DNA of 64,000 bases from an uncultured Chthonomonadaceae bacterium (lineage in GTDB: Bacteria; Armatimonadota; Chthonomonadetes; Chthonomonadales; Chthonomonadaceae). This document shows positions 50,841 through 60,717 of the stretch, piece after piece. The stretch covers positions 64,001 to 128,000 of the forward strand of contig CAWIEK010000015.1 of assembly GCA_963835065.1 (NCBI GenBank), in the 5' to 3' direction. Each line of letters opens with the position of its first letter. Position 1 is the first letter of the stretch. The position numbers and the translations under genes are program-made. Under the pieces are notes generated by a model that was not told where the DNA came from, did not search any database, and saw only the letters and a list, made by a program, of their open reading frames with translations.

Positions 50841-52139
50841 ATGAACATACTTCATCAGTTATGGCAGGACGCGCTTGCGGAAGAACAAGCGCTGCATCAC
50901 GAATTGCTGGATTTGAAGGAGAAGTTTACCAAAAAACTGGAAACCATGCTGGCGCGTCCCGTTCCTCTTCGCGCCCTGTTCAAGCACCTGCGCGAACACG
51001 ACCCGATTATGGTGGTTCCCGGATTGGCCGTCGTTTCCAAATACGACGACGTGCTGGAAGTGCTGAAGAACGAGGCTTCGTTTTCGGTGACGGAAATCTA
51101 TGCCGCCAAAATGGAGCGCGAAACGGGTGACTTTGTACTCGGCATGGGCGACACGCCGCAATACCGCCACGAGCGCGACCTTATGCAGCAGGCGGTTCAC
51201 GCCAACGACTTAGCCTACATTCAGAACTTTGTCTCCTCAACGGCGGACGCGCTGGTAAAGACGGCGGAACCGTTCGGGCAGATAGACGCCGTAGGGCATT
51301 TTTCCCGCGTTGTGCCGTCGCGTCTGGTGGGCGATTACTTCGGAACGCCGGGACCCGACGAAGCCACGCAGATGCGCTGGATGCGCGACATCTTCCGCGA
51401 TATTTTCCTGAACTTGGGCAACGATGCTGAGATGCAGGAAAAGGCGGTTGCCGATGGGAAAGCCCTGCGCGATTACATGAACAATCTCATCGCCACGCGC
51501 AAAACCGAAATCGCCGCCGATCCTGACCGTTACGACGATTATCTCAGCCGCCTGCTCAAAATACAGCAGGCACAACCCGGCATCGTGGACGATGATACCA
51601 TACGCCGCATTCTGGGCGGCACCATCGTCGGCACGGTAGACACCAATTCCAAAGCCGTGTCTCAGGCGCTCGACCAACTGCTGGATCGCCCGGATGCCCT
51701 TGCCGCCGCGCATGAAGCGGCTGTCGCCAACGACGACGCCAAAGTAACGGCCTACGTGTTTGAGGCGCTGCGCTTCAACCCGCAAAACCCGTTCCTGCTG
51801 CGGCATTGCGAACAGGATACCACAGTGGCAAAGGGAACGCCCCGCGAACGTACCATTCCCAAAGGCAGTCTTGTGGTTGTGGGCACGACCTCGGCCATGT
51901 TCGATGTGGACAAGTTCCCCGACCCCGAAAACTTCCACGCTGACCGTCCCTACGCCGATTACATCCATTTCGGGTACGGCAACCATACGTGTTTCGGGCA
52001 GCACATGGCCCACATCGTCATTCCGTTCACCGCCAAAAGCCTGCTGCGCAAATCCAACCTGCGCCGCGCCCAAACCGACGGCCAAATCGTCTACGATGGC
52101 GCGTTCCCTGATCGCTGGCTGCTGGAATTTCACGCTTAA
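50841..52139 (+). CDS. Cytochrome P450
   Basis: EALR (ExxR), FPDPENF, HFGYGNHTCFG haem-ligand motif. Confidence 0.93.
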   Translation: MNILHQLWQDALAEEQALHHELLDLKEKFTKKLETMLARPVPLRALFKHLREHDPIMVVPGLAVVSKYDDVLEVLKNEASFSVTEIYAAKMERETGDFVLGMGDTPQYRHERDLMQQAVHANDLAYIQNFVSSTADALVKTAEPFGQIDAVGHFSRVVPSRLVGDYFGTPGPDEATQMRWMRDIFRDIFLNLGNDAEMQEKAVADGKALRDYMNNLIATRKTEIAADPDRYDDYLSRLLKIQQAQPGIVDDDTIRRILGGTIVGTVDTNSKAVSQALDQLLDRPDALAAAHEAAVANDDAKVTAYVFEALRFNPQNPFLLRHCEQDTTVAKGTPRERTIPKGSLVVVGTTSAMFDVDKFPDPENFHADRPYADYIHFGYGNHTCFGQHMAHIVIPFTAKSLLRKSNLRRAQTDGQIVYDGAFPDRWLLEFHA

Positions 52140-52156
52140 CGCTCCCCGCTAACGCC

Positions 52157-52202
52157 GAACAGCCTGCTTTTATCGAAGTTTACCGATAAAAGCAGGCTGT
52201 TC
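52157..52202. terminator. Hairpin between convergent genes
   Basis: 19-bp perfect stem GAACAGCCTGCTTTTATCG/CGATAAAAGCAGGCTGTTC. Confidence 0.8.
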
Positions 52203-52219
52203 TCAGAACAAAATGTCCG

Positions 52220-53191
52220 TTATCGGATCACTTTGCCCTTCACATCCAGAATCTCCGTCGCGCAGGTATCGTTGCCAAGCGCGGTCATATTCTTCATCGT
52301 CCACACGACTTTTTTGTCTTTGTCGTGTGTCACTTCGATCAACTGCGGATTGTCCGGGCCGGCGTGAGTGTTGCCAATGACTAAATGGTTGTTCGGCAGC
52401 ATTTGCAGGCCCGTCACCCAGTACAGATGGATGCCCGGCAGTTCGTTGTAATCTACGCTCCACACGATTTCACCGGCTTTGTTCACTTCAATCACGCGGT
52501 TGTTGTTGCCGCCGCCGATGAGCGTGTTGCCGTTTTTCAGGCGGATGGCGTTGAAGACGTTCGTTCCGTGTCCGTCGTGTCCGGGCGTTTCCGGCCTGCC
52601 GTTCAAATCCAGTTTGTACGACCACACCACTTTGCCACTCGGATCGTACTCGCGCACCACGCCGTCGCCCTCATGGCAGGCGAGATAGTTGCCGTTGTCC
52701 AGTTTGCGGACGCGGCGCGTGTCGCGGTGTTCGTTGGGATGGTCTACCGTAATCGGCGTTTCGTGAACGATTTTGTCGTCCTTGTCCACTTCGATAATGC
52801 GCAGGTTGCCCGTTTCCGCCACCATCGTATTGCCGTCTTTCAAACGCTGAAAGGCATGGATTTGCACGTGGCCGTTGAAGCCTTCTTTGGGCGTGGAAAC
52901 GTGTTTCCAGACTACGACCTTGCTCGGCGTCATTTCCTCAATAGTCGTATCGCCGGTGTGAATCAGCACGTTGCCGTTGGGCAGCATCTGAATGTCGTGG
53001 GACGTGTAACGGCAGGGAACTTCCCATTCTACATCGCCCTTGTCGTTCAAAATCACGACATGGCCTTTGTCCTGCGCCAGTACACGATGCGTCACAGCCG
53101 CGTCTTTTTTGTGCGCCGGTTTGGTAAAGCCCAAAGTGGCAGGCAGGAGTATGGAAAGAGTAAGCGCGACAGTAAAGCGGCAGATGTTCAT
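52220..53191 (-). CDS. Secreted beta-propeller protein (PQQ-like/arylsulfotransferase-like repeats)
   Basis: Signal peptide; repeated L.NGN.L and G.VVW units. Confidence 0.7.
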   Translation of the reverse strand: MNICRFTVALTLSILLPATLGFTKPAHKKDAAVTHRVLAQDKGHVVILNDKGDVEWEVPCRYTSHDIQMLPNGNVLIHTGDTTIEEMTPSKVVVWKHVSTPKEGFNGHVQIHAFQRLKDGNTMVAETGNLRIIEVDKDDKIVHETPITVDHPNEHRDTRRVRKLDNGNYLACHEGDGVVREYDPSGKVVWSYKLDLNGRPETPGHDGHGTNVFNAIRLKNGNTLIGGGNNNRVIEVNKAGEIVWSVDYNELPGIHLYWVTGLQMLPNNHLVIGNTHAGPDNPQLIEVTHDKDKKVVWTMKNMTALGNDTCATEILDVKGKVIR

Positions 53192-53203
53192 GGATGAGTC
53201 CTT

Positions 53204-54709
53204 TTAGATAATTTGGCTGATGGGCGGCGTGTATTCCACGCCGACAAGTTTTTGGTTTAAGCCGCCGTAGAAGTAGGAAAGGCGGTTGGGGTCTACGCCC
53301 ATTTGCTGCAAGATGGTGGCGTGAAGGTGTTTCACTTTGAACGGGTCTTCCACCGCCGCGCTGCCCAACTCGTCCGTTTGGCCGACGGAAACGCCGCCCT
53401 TGACGCCGCCGCCCGCCATCCACATCGTAAACCCGTAGGCGTTGTGGTCGCGGCCCGTGCCTTCCGCGTATTCGGCGGTTGGCTGGCGTCCGAACTCCCC
53501 GCCCCACACAATCAGCGTACTGTCGAGCAGGCCGCGTTGTTTCAGGTCTTTGAGCAGGCCGGCAATCGGCTTGTCGGTTTCGCCCGCGTGAAGGGTATGG
53601 TTGACAACAAGATCGTTGTGCGCGTCCCATGTCGAATCCACATGGTTGCCGCCCGAATACAGTTGGATGAACCGGACGCCCCGCTCTACCATCCGCCGCG
53701 CCATCAGGCACTGCCGCCCGAACACCGCCGATTTCTTGTCGTTCAGCCCGTAGAGTTCCTTGATGTATTCCGGCTCCGCATTGATGTCTACGGCTTCGGG
53801 CGCAGCCGCCTGCATCCGGTACGCGAGTTCGTAACTGGCAATCCGCGCGGCAAGGTTGGAGTTGTCGGCGTGAAGCGCTTCGTGTTCCTGATTGTAATCG
53901 TGCAGCGTGTCCAAAATTTCGCGCTGCGCCCCATCCGTTTGTCCCTGCGGGCGCTTCAGGTCAAGAATGGGCGTTGCGCCCGCATTCATAACCGTTGCCT
54001 GATAGCTGGCAGGCATGTAGCCGCTGCTCCAGTTTTTCGCGCCGGAAATCGGTCCGCCGCGCGGATCGAGCATCACGACAAAACCCGGCAAGTTCTGGTT
54101 CAGGGTTCCCAATCCATAGTTGACCCACGATCCGATGCACGGGCTGCCCGACAGAATTTTGCCCGAATTCATTTGCAGCATGGCCGAGCCATGAATGGGC
54201 GAGTCGGCGGTCATAGAGTGCAGGAACGCAATGTCATCCACGCACGTCGCCAGATTGGGGAACAGATCGGAAACGTACTTGCCGCACTGCCCATACTGTT
54301 TGAACTTCCAGCGCGGCTCCACAATCCGCCCCTGATTTTTGTGCCCGCCCCGCCCAAACGTCTTGATCTGGATGGTTTTGCCGTCCATGCCGTACATCGT
54401 GGGCTTATAATCGAACGTGTCAATCTGGCTCGGCCCGCCATACATATACAGGAAAATCACGCTTTTGGCTTTCGCCGGAAACATGGAGGGCTTAGGAGAT
54501 AGCGGGTTGAGGGGAGTCGGTGTTCGGTGTTCGGTGTTCGGTATTCGGGAAGATTTGGCGTCGGCGCGGGCAGAGGGCGCAAAAAAGCCGTCGGCGGACA
54601 GCAGGCCGGTCAGGGCGAGGCCGGTGAAGCCCGCGCCGCCTTCCCACAGAAACTCACGGCGCGTCCGTCCGCAAAACTCGCCCGTTTTATTAGAGGATTG
54701 GTTGCTCAT
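53204..54709 (-). CDS. DUF1501 (sulfatase-like) protein with Tat signal
   Basis: TRREFL, AKSVIFLYMYGGPSQIDTFDYKP, GEFGRQP, GRDHN. Confidence 0.9.
   Translation of the reverse strand: MSNQSSNKTGEFCGRTRREFLWEGGAGFTGLALTGLLSADGFFAPSARADAKSSRIPNTEHRTPTPLNPLSPKPSMFPAKAKSVIFLYMYGGPSQIDTFDYKPTMYGMDGKTIQIKTFGRGGHKNQGRIVEPRWKFKQYGQCGKYVSDLFPNLATCVDDIAFLHSMTADSPIHGSAMLQMNSGKILSGSPCIGSWVNYGLGTLNQNLPGFVVMLDPRGGPISGAKNWSSGYMPASYQATVMNAGATPILDLKRPQGQTDGAQREILDTLHDYNQEHEALHADNSNLAARIASYELAYRMQAAAPEAVDINAEPEYIKELYGLNDKKSAVFGRQCLMARRMVERGVRFIQLYSGGNHVDSTWDAHNDLVVNHTLHAGETDKPIAGLLKDLKQRGLLDSTLIVWGGEFGRQPTAEYAEGTGRDHNAYGFTMWMAGGGVKGGVSVGQTDELGSAAVEDPFKVKHLHATILQQMGVDPNRLSYFYGGLNQKLVGVEYTPPISQII
54517..54548. 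repeat. In-frame heptamer array (TCGGTGT)n inside the DUF1501 gene
   Basis: Encodes PNTEHRTPT just after the Tat peptide. Confidence 0.85.
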
Positions 54710-54726
54710 GGTGTGCGTGTTTTTCT

Positions 54727-56020
54727 TTACGTTGTCGGGATAAGGCGAACGGCAAGCGTGGCGGGCTTGCACAGGTCGCGCAGTTTGGTTTCAAGAATTG
54801 CCCGTTCCGGTTCGATGGCGGCGCGATTGGTTTTGTGATAGGGCGCGTAGCCCAAACTATGCCATTGCTGCACAAGCGGCAAAATCATTCGGCTTTGCGT
54901 GACGCTTGGACTGTCGGGCAGGGCGTTCATATCCAGCCCATCTTTAAGCTGCTTGGGCAGGAAGCGTCCGCAGTTTACGTCATTGATATAGACATTATAA
55001 GCGGGCAGGCGCAGGCGCGTCACGTGCAGCGTGTGCTTGTTCAGCGCGGGCGCGAACTTTTCCAGCGCGAGTGAATCGCCATCCCAATTGGGATCAGTAG
55101 GCATCGGCAGGCGCGTTGTCCAGTTGAAATTGGTTCCCGACACGTCTACCGACAGGCGGCTAACATTGCCCGACAGCACCGTATTGCCCTGCGAGTCAAT
55201 ATGCGCTTCGTCCACGAATGCGGGCGCGTTCCACGACTGGAGCAGCGTCATGGCAATCAGCAAATGCCCGGTTGCGTCGGGGTGAATGGCATCGCCCTGC
55301 ATACGGAAATTCGGGGCCGTTTTGCGCCGCGTTTGAATATGGTTCTTCATGCGCGTATGCAAATCCACGACTGTCACGCCGTTGAGGCGCAGGCCGCGCT
55401 CCCATTCCGCGTACTTCGCCAACACCTGATCGTAATCGGCAAACGGCTGTTTGTATCCGTAAGCCTCGTCCGGGCGCTCATCGGGCTGTCCTGCGTTTAG
55501 TGTATCACAAACCGGCGGCGTCAGCAGGACAAGCCGCGCTTTCGTCTGCGTCGTGCAGGCGGTCAATCAAGCCCTGTACGCCCCGCTTGAAACGGTCAAA
55601 GCGCTCCGCGCCGAGGGGATGATAAATGCCGTCGTTCATGCCATAGCAGGCGACGACAACGTTCGGATCGTAATCCGCCACGTCGCGGGCAAAGCGCTCA
55701 AACAAAAGGGGGCGCGGGCCGGGATGATCCGCTTCCGTCATGCCCGCGAGGGTTTCACTGCTGCGCCCCGAATTGATCAGCCGAAACGACTTTTCCGGGA
55801 AGCGCGTTCGCAGATAAGCGTCAACGTAGTGGATATACCCGCCCGCCTGCGTGATGCTATCCCCGACAAACACAACTGTATCGCCGTCCGCAAGCCCAAA
55901 ATTACGCCCCCGGTTGTCGTCACCCGAAACATCCGCGTGAGCTGCTAACACGGATAGATTACTTGCCGTGAGCAAGGCTGCCGCTCCATTGCCGATTAGT
56001 TGTCGTCTGGTGTATGGCAT
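54727..56020 (-). CDS. SGNH/GDSL hydrolase with Tat-like signal, frameshift at about 55555
   Basis: VFVGDSIT, YGMND, DAIHP. Confidence 0.85.
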
Positions 56021-56034
56021 TGTTTTTCCTGCTG

Positions 56035-58749
56035 CTAATCCAAATACAAAAACTCGTTCAAGTTCAACGCTACGATGCAGTACGCCCGCAGCGCCTCATC
56101 CGCCGTGTAATGGTGCTTGGTCTGCATGGCTTGCAGGAAATTGCAGCCGCGCATCACTTCCTTCTGGTTGGGTTCGCGCTGAAGGACACGGCGGAGTGTC
56201 AATGTCACCTGCTTTGCCGGTTCGCTGCCTGCTTGTTTCTTCACGAAATCGGCAAATACCTGCGCCTGCTCGTTAATAAACGCGCTGTTGAGCAAACCCA
56301 ATGCCTGCGTGGGCTGCGTGGTGGCGAAGCGAACGGGGCACGTCGAATCGGTATCCGCCGCGTCGAAACTGGCGAGAATGGGAACCGTCAGCGAACGCTT
56401 GATGTGAATGTAAATGCTGCGCCGCGCCTTGTCTTCCGGCGTGGACATTTCCCAATCCGCGCCCGGACGCGACTGCCCCGCCAGCACTTCAGGGGGAATA
56501 GTCGGATAAATGCTCGGCCCGTACATTTTCGGATTCAAACTGCCGTTCGCGGCCAGAATTGAATCGCGCACCTCTTCCGCATCCAGCCGCCGCATATCGA
56601 ACCGCCACAGCAAATCATTGGCCGGGTCCTGCGCCAGCGCTTTCGGGTTCGCCTCCGAAGACATCCGGTACGCGCTCGACATCAGCATCAGCTTGTGCAG
56701 TTTCTTGAAAGACCAACCGCAGGCAAAGGAGTTGATAGTTGATAGTTGATGAGTTGATAGGGGCGATTTCTTCATTATTCCCTCTTTCCCTTTTCCCTTT
56801 TTCCTCCGCAACGAAGTGGCTCGCCAGCCAGTCCAGCAGTTCGGGGTGCGTGGGCTTGTCGCCGGCGAAGCCGAAGTTGGAGGTGGAGCGGACAAGGCCG
56901 CGTCCGAAATGGTGCTGCCACAGGCGGTTGACGATCACGCGGGCGGTGAGCGGATTGGACGGACTGGCAATCCAATCGGCGAGGGCGAGACGACGCCCGG
57001 AAGAGGGGATACCGGCTGCGGGCGCGTGAATGTCGGGCGCAGGTGGGGCCAGCACGGACGGAAAACCGGGCGTCACCGGATCGCCGGGAACGTGCGGGTT
57101 GCCGCGCAGCATTATTGTCGTTGGCGGAATGACTGGCGTTTCGGTCACGCAGAGAGCTTTTTCTAAGGTGGGCGGCGGCGATTTCAGCAAGGCATCCTGC
57201 TGCTTCATCAGGTCGGCGTACTGATTGTACTGTTCCTGCGACAGCAGTTTGGGTACGCGCTTCTTCAGAATGGCAAGCTGCGCCTGCTTGTTGCGGAACT
57301 CTTCTTTTTCCACGGGCGCAAAATCTTTATCCACCAGTCTCACGATGTTGGTCATCTGCTGCCGGGTCGTGTCCAATTTGAGACGATAGGCGTTTTCTTC
57401 CCCGAACACGCGCTGACGATCTTCCGGCGTACCCAACACGCGCAGGGAGTTTTGTTCGGGCGAATGTCCATTCCCGCCGTAACGGGTTGTACCCTGAAAA
57501 AAGGCGACGAGGCGGTAATAATCCTTCTGCGGAATGGGGTCTATTTTATGGTCGTGGCAGCGGGCGCAGTTTACGGTCAGGCCGAGAAACACCTGCCCCG
57601 TTGTCGCCACCACATCGTCCAGTTCATCGTAACGCGCCTGTTCGGGGTCGGACGGCTCATCGTCCCACGAACCCAAACGGTAATAGCCTGTGGCAATCAG
57701 CGCGTCATTGCCGGCAGACGGCAGTTCGTCGCCTGCAAGCTGTTCCCGGATAAACTGATTGTACGGCTTGTCCGCGTTCAAGGCCCGGATTACGTAATCC
57801 CGATAGCGCCACACGAACGGCTTGGGGCTGTCGCGCTCGAAGCTGTTGGTTTCCGCGTAGCGCACCAAGTCCAGCCAGTGCCGCGCCCACTTTTCGCCAT
57901 ACTGCGGACTGGCGAGCAGTCGGTCCACCACTTTTTCATAGGCGTTGGGCGATTTGTCCGCCAGAAACGCCCGCGTTTCTTCGGCAGTCGGCGGCAGGCC
58001 AATCAGATCGTAGGTGACGCGGCGCAGCAGCGCGTTTTTACTCGCAGGCGGCGCGGGCATATACCCGTTCTTTTCCAGTTTGGAAAGGACAAAAGCGTCA
58101 ATCGGGTTCGTCACCCACGCTTTATTTTTGACAGGCGGCACAACAGGGCACTTCACCGGCTGAAACGACCAGAACTTCATGGTTTCGGCGTTGACGGGCG
58201 GCGGGCCGTGCTTGGCGGGAGCGGCATCGGTTTTGCCGTTTGCAGCGTCCGCTTTGCCGCTTGTTCCACTTCCGGCCTTGCCGGGTGTGGCTGTTCCGTT
58301 CTTACTCGTTTTCGGCGCGTCTGTCATGGGCAAGCCCATTTCAACCCACTTCGTCAGGGTATCAATCTGCGCTTTCGACAGCCTGCTGCGCGGCGGCATG
58401 GAGCGCCCATCGCCCTTGACGGCGCGTAAAATCAGGCTTTCCTGCGGCTTCTCCAAATTCACGCCCGGCCCGGAACTGCCGCCCTTCAGAATAGAAGCGC
58501 GAGTTGACAATTCCAGTTGCCCGCTCGAACCTTCGCCTTCGTGACAACTGTAGCAGGTTGTTTTGAGGATCGGCAAAACCTGCGCCGTGTAAAACTCCAG
58601 ATTGGACTTTTGCTTGTCGCTTTGCTTATCACTTTTGCCTGCGGGGTGGGCGCGGCAGGCGTTTGCGCGAAGGCAACGGTCAGCCCTGCTGCCAGCGTGG
58701 GAAGCGTGAGAAGAAGCGCCAATTTAGTATTGAAAAGCCTGTTTGTCAT
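56035..58749 (-). CDS. Planctomycete cytochrome c + DUF1549 + DUF1553 (PSD1) protein; frameshifts at about 58595 and 56751
   Basis: [60 protein letters not shown]. Confidence 0.92.
56729..56805. repeat. Two heptamer arrays, (AGTTGAT)n and (TTCCCTT)n, inserted within DUF1553
   Basis: Lie between WLASHFV and GWSFKKLH, which are normally nearly adjacent. Confidence 0.85.
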
Positions 58750-58796
58750 CAGATAACTTTCACGTTTTCGCCGAGCTGACTTCTCGTTCCCATTGC

Positions 58797-58924
58797 GGCG
58801 ACGGGCTGAACCCCTTCGCTGTATGGCCTGCGGCCCAGTGTTCGGACACATTCTCTATACGAGGGTTTCTGTCCGAAGGACAGTTGGTGGAACGCCATAC
58901 AGCGAAGGGGTTCAGCCCGTCGCC
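58797..58924. repeat. Paired REP/BIME-like inverted element
   Basis: 31-bp perfect arms 58797-58827 and 58894-58924, internal TGTCCGAAGGACA hairpin; followed by (AATCGRA)3. Confidence 0.85.
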
Positions 58925-58956
58925 AATCGAAAATCGGAAATCGGAATCATCAACTC

Positions 58957-60124
58957 TCAACCCATATCCGGCACAACAGCATCGGTTAAATGATTGATAA
59001 TGGCGGCCACAGCGCCCTGCCGCTTGCTGCCCTGCGCCTGCACAATACGGCAATCGGCAAATGCGGGGGGCAGGGCGCGGCGTCGGGTTTCGTCAATCAG
59101 GCAGGAGAACAAATTCGCGTCCGCCGCAAACAATTTGCCATGCACGAACAGCGTGGACGGATTGAACAGGTTGAGAACCGCCGCCACGCCAACCGCAAGA
59201 TAGCGGCACGTTTGCTGCAATTCCGCGCGCAGGTCGAAGTCGCCGGACTGAATCAGGGCAATGGTCTGCTTCCACCGTGATTTTGCGCCCTAACTTTTGC
59301 CCCACCAGCCACGCGAGAGCCGCATCGCTGGCAACGGTTTCCAGACAGCCCCGGTTGCCGCACCCGCACGGCCTGCCGTCCATCTGTACCGTGACGTGTC
59401 CGAGTTCCCCGGCAAGCCCGCTATGCCCGGTCAATAATCTGCCGCCGCTCATCACGCCAAGTCCGATGCCCGTGCTGACATCCAGCATGGCAAAATTGTC
59501 CAGCCCCCGCGCCGCGCCGAAATGCCGCTCCGCAAGGCAAAGCGCATGGGACTCCTGCACCAGTATACATTCAATTCCTAAATGGCGGGACAGGGCTTCT
59601 CCGGGCGCGCGTTCATTGGTAATGGGAACGTTGGGAGAAAGCAGGCTACGGTTCTGGCGATTGTCCAGCAGGCCGGGAATACTGACTGCCATGCCCAATG
59701 TTGCCACATCCGCGCGCTGCATCAGGCGCCTGGCATAGTAAACGGACGTTTTAATCAGGGCGTCATACGTGGCGGGCGTGGGAAACGATTCGACGCAGCC
59801 GTCATGCAGTTTGCCGTCCAGCCCGGCGCAAACCACGCGGCATTGTTCCGCGTCAATCACCAATCCCAACACCTGAACGCGCGAACTGGCAAGCTGTAAC
59901 TTTTTGCCCGGACGCCCCCGCGCCAGTTCCGGCGCGTCGCCTTCTTCCACCAGCCCCGAACGCAGCAGCGACTCAACAGCTTTGGAAGCGGTCGGGGCGC
60001 TGATGCCCGAATGACGCGCAACCTCAGCCCGCGACAATGGCCCCTGCGCCTGCAAAGCGCGAAGCACCTGCCGCTCGTTGATTTTGCTCAATAGCGCGGG
60101 TTGTACGACGGATAGACTGCTCAT
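58957..60124 (-). CDS. ROK-family transcriptional regulator, frameshift at about 59270
   Basis: HTH SRAEVA, GIGLG, GELGH, CGCGNRGCLET. Confidence 0.92.
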
Positions 60125-60130
60125 AGAAGG

Positions 60131-60159
60131 ATTATACAAACCTTCAGGCTGTTTGTCAA
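60131..60159 (-). promoter_or_regulatory. Consensus sigma70 promoter, probably giving a leaderless ROK mRNA
   Basis: TTGACA-17 nt-TATAAT ending 6 nt before ATG. Confidence 0.8.
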
Positions 60160-60240
60160 GACTGTTTAATAAAGAATCTTTAGAAAATTTCTGTTCCGGT
60201 TTGTACGACTGTACGGCAGTGAGAAAATCTAAGTGGGAAA

Positions 60241-60550
60241 AAGAGTATGTAGAGTCATCGTCGAAATCTTGGCAATACAGCGCTTCCAGCCCGATGTCTC
60301 ATTGTGTCTGGTTGTAGGAGGAGGCGTCGTGGCCTCGAAAGCGTCAGGGCGGGCGGGAAGAGTTTACAGGCATCTTCTTGCGCCTCCTTTCCTGAGTTGA
60401 TAGTTGATAGTTGGTAGTTGATAGGAACTGCGAACGTTCCGCCTTTCTTTGCGAATAGTAGACACTTGTACTTTTTAGACAGGGTATGTGGGGCAAAAGG
60501 TTCGCTTTTCTTCGCGTTATTTTGATCTTTTTTCTGTTTCTTTTTTGCGG
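60241..60550 (-). ncRNA. Dispersed repeat unit, copy 2 (see 12294-12545), carrying an ATCAACT array at 60394-60425
   Basis: GAAC-N19-GTCTAA, AAGGAGG SD, micro-ORF, conserved 3' block. Confidence 0.6.
60344..60373 (-). CDS. Candidate micro-ORF MPVNSSRPP
   Basis: AAGGAGG with GGAGG 9 nt before ATG; paralogous to 12415-12441. Confidence 0.4.
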   Translation of the reverse strand: MPVNSSRPP

Positions 60551-60717
60551 GATTGTTGCTTGGGCTGTGTGGAGAGAATGGGGAGGGGTTTGCTGAGTAT
60601 TCGTAACTGTTTTGCTTCCCGCTGCCTGGGAAAAGAGGAATCAGAAAAATGAATGGCGAACCATTGAGCAATCCGACGCTTACCGCCCGACCAAAATTAG
60701 AAAGTTTACTGAGCCAG

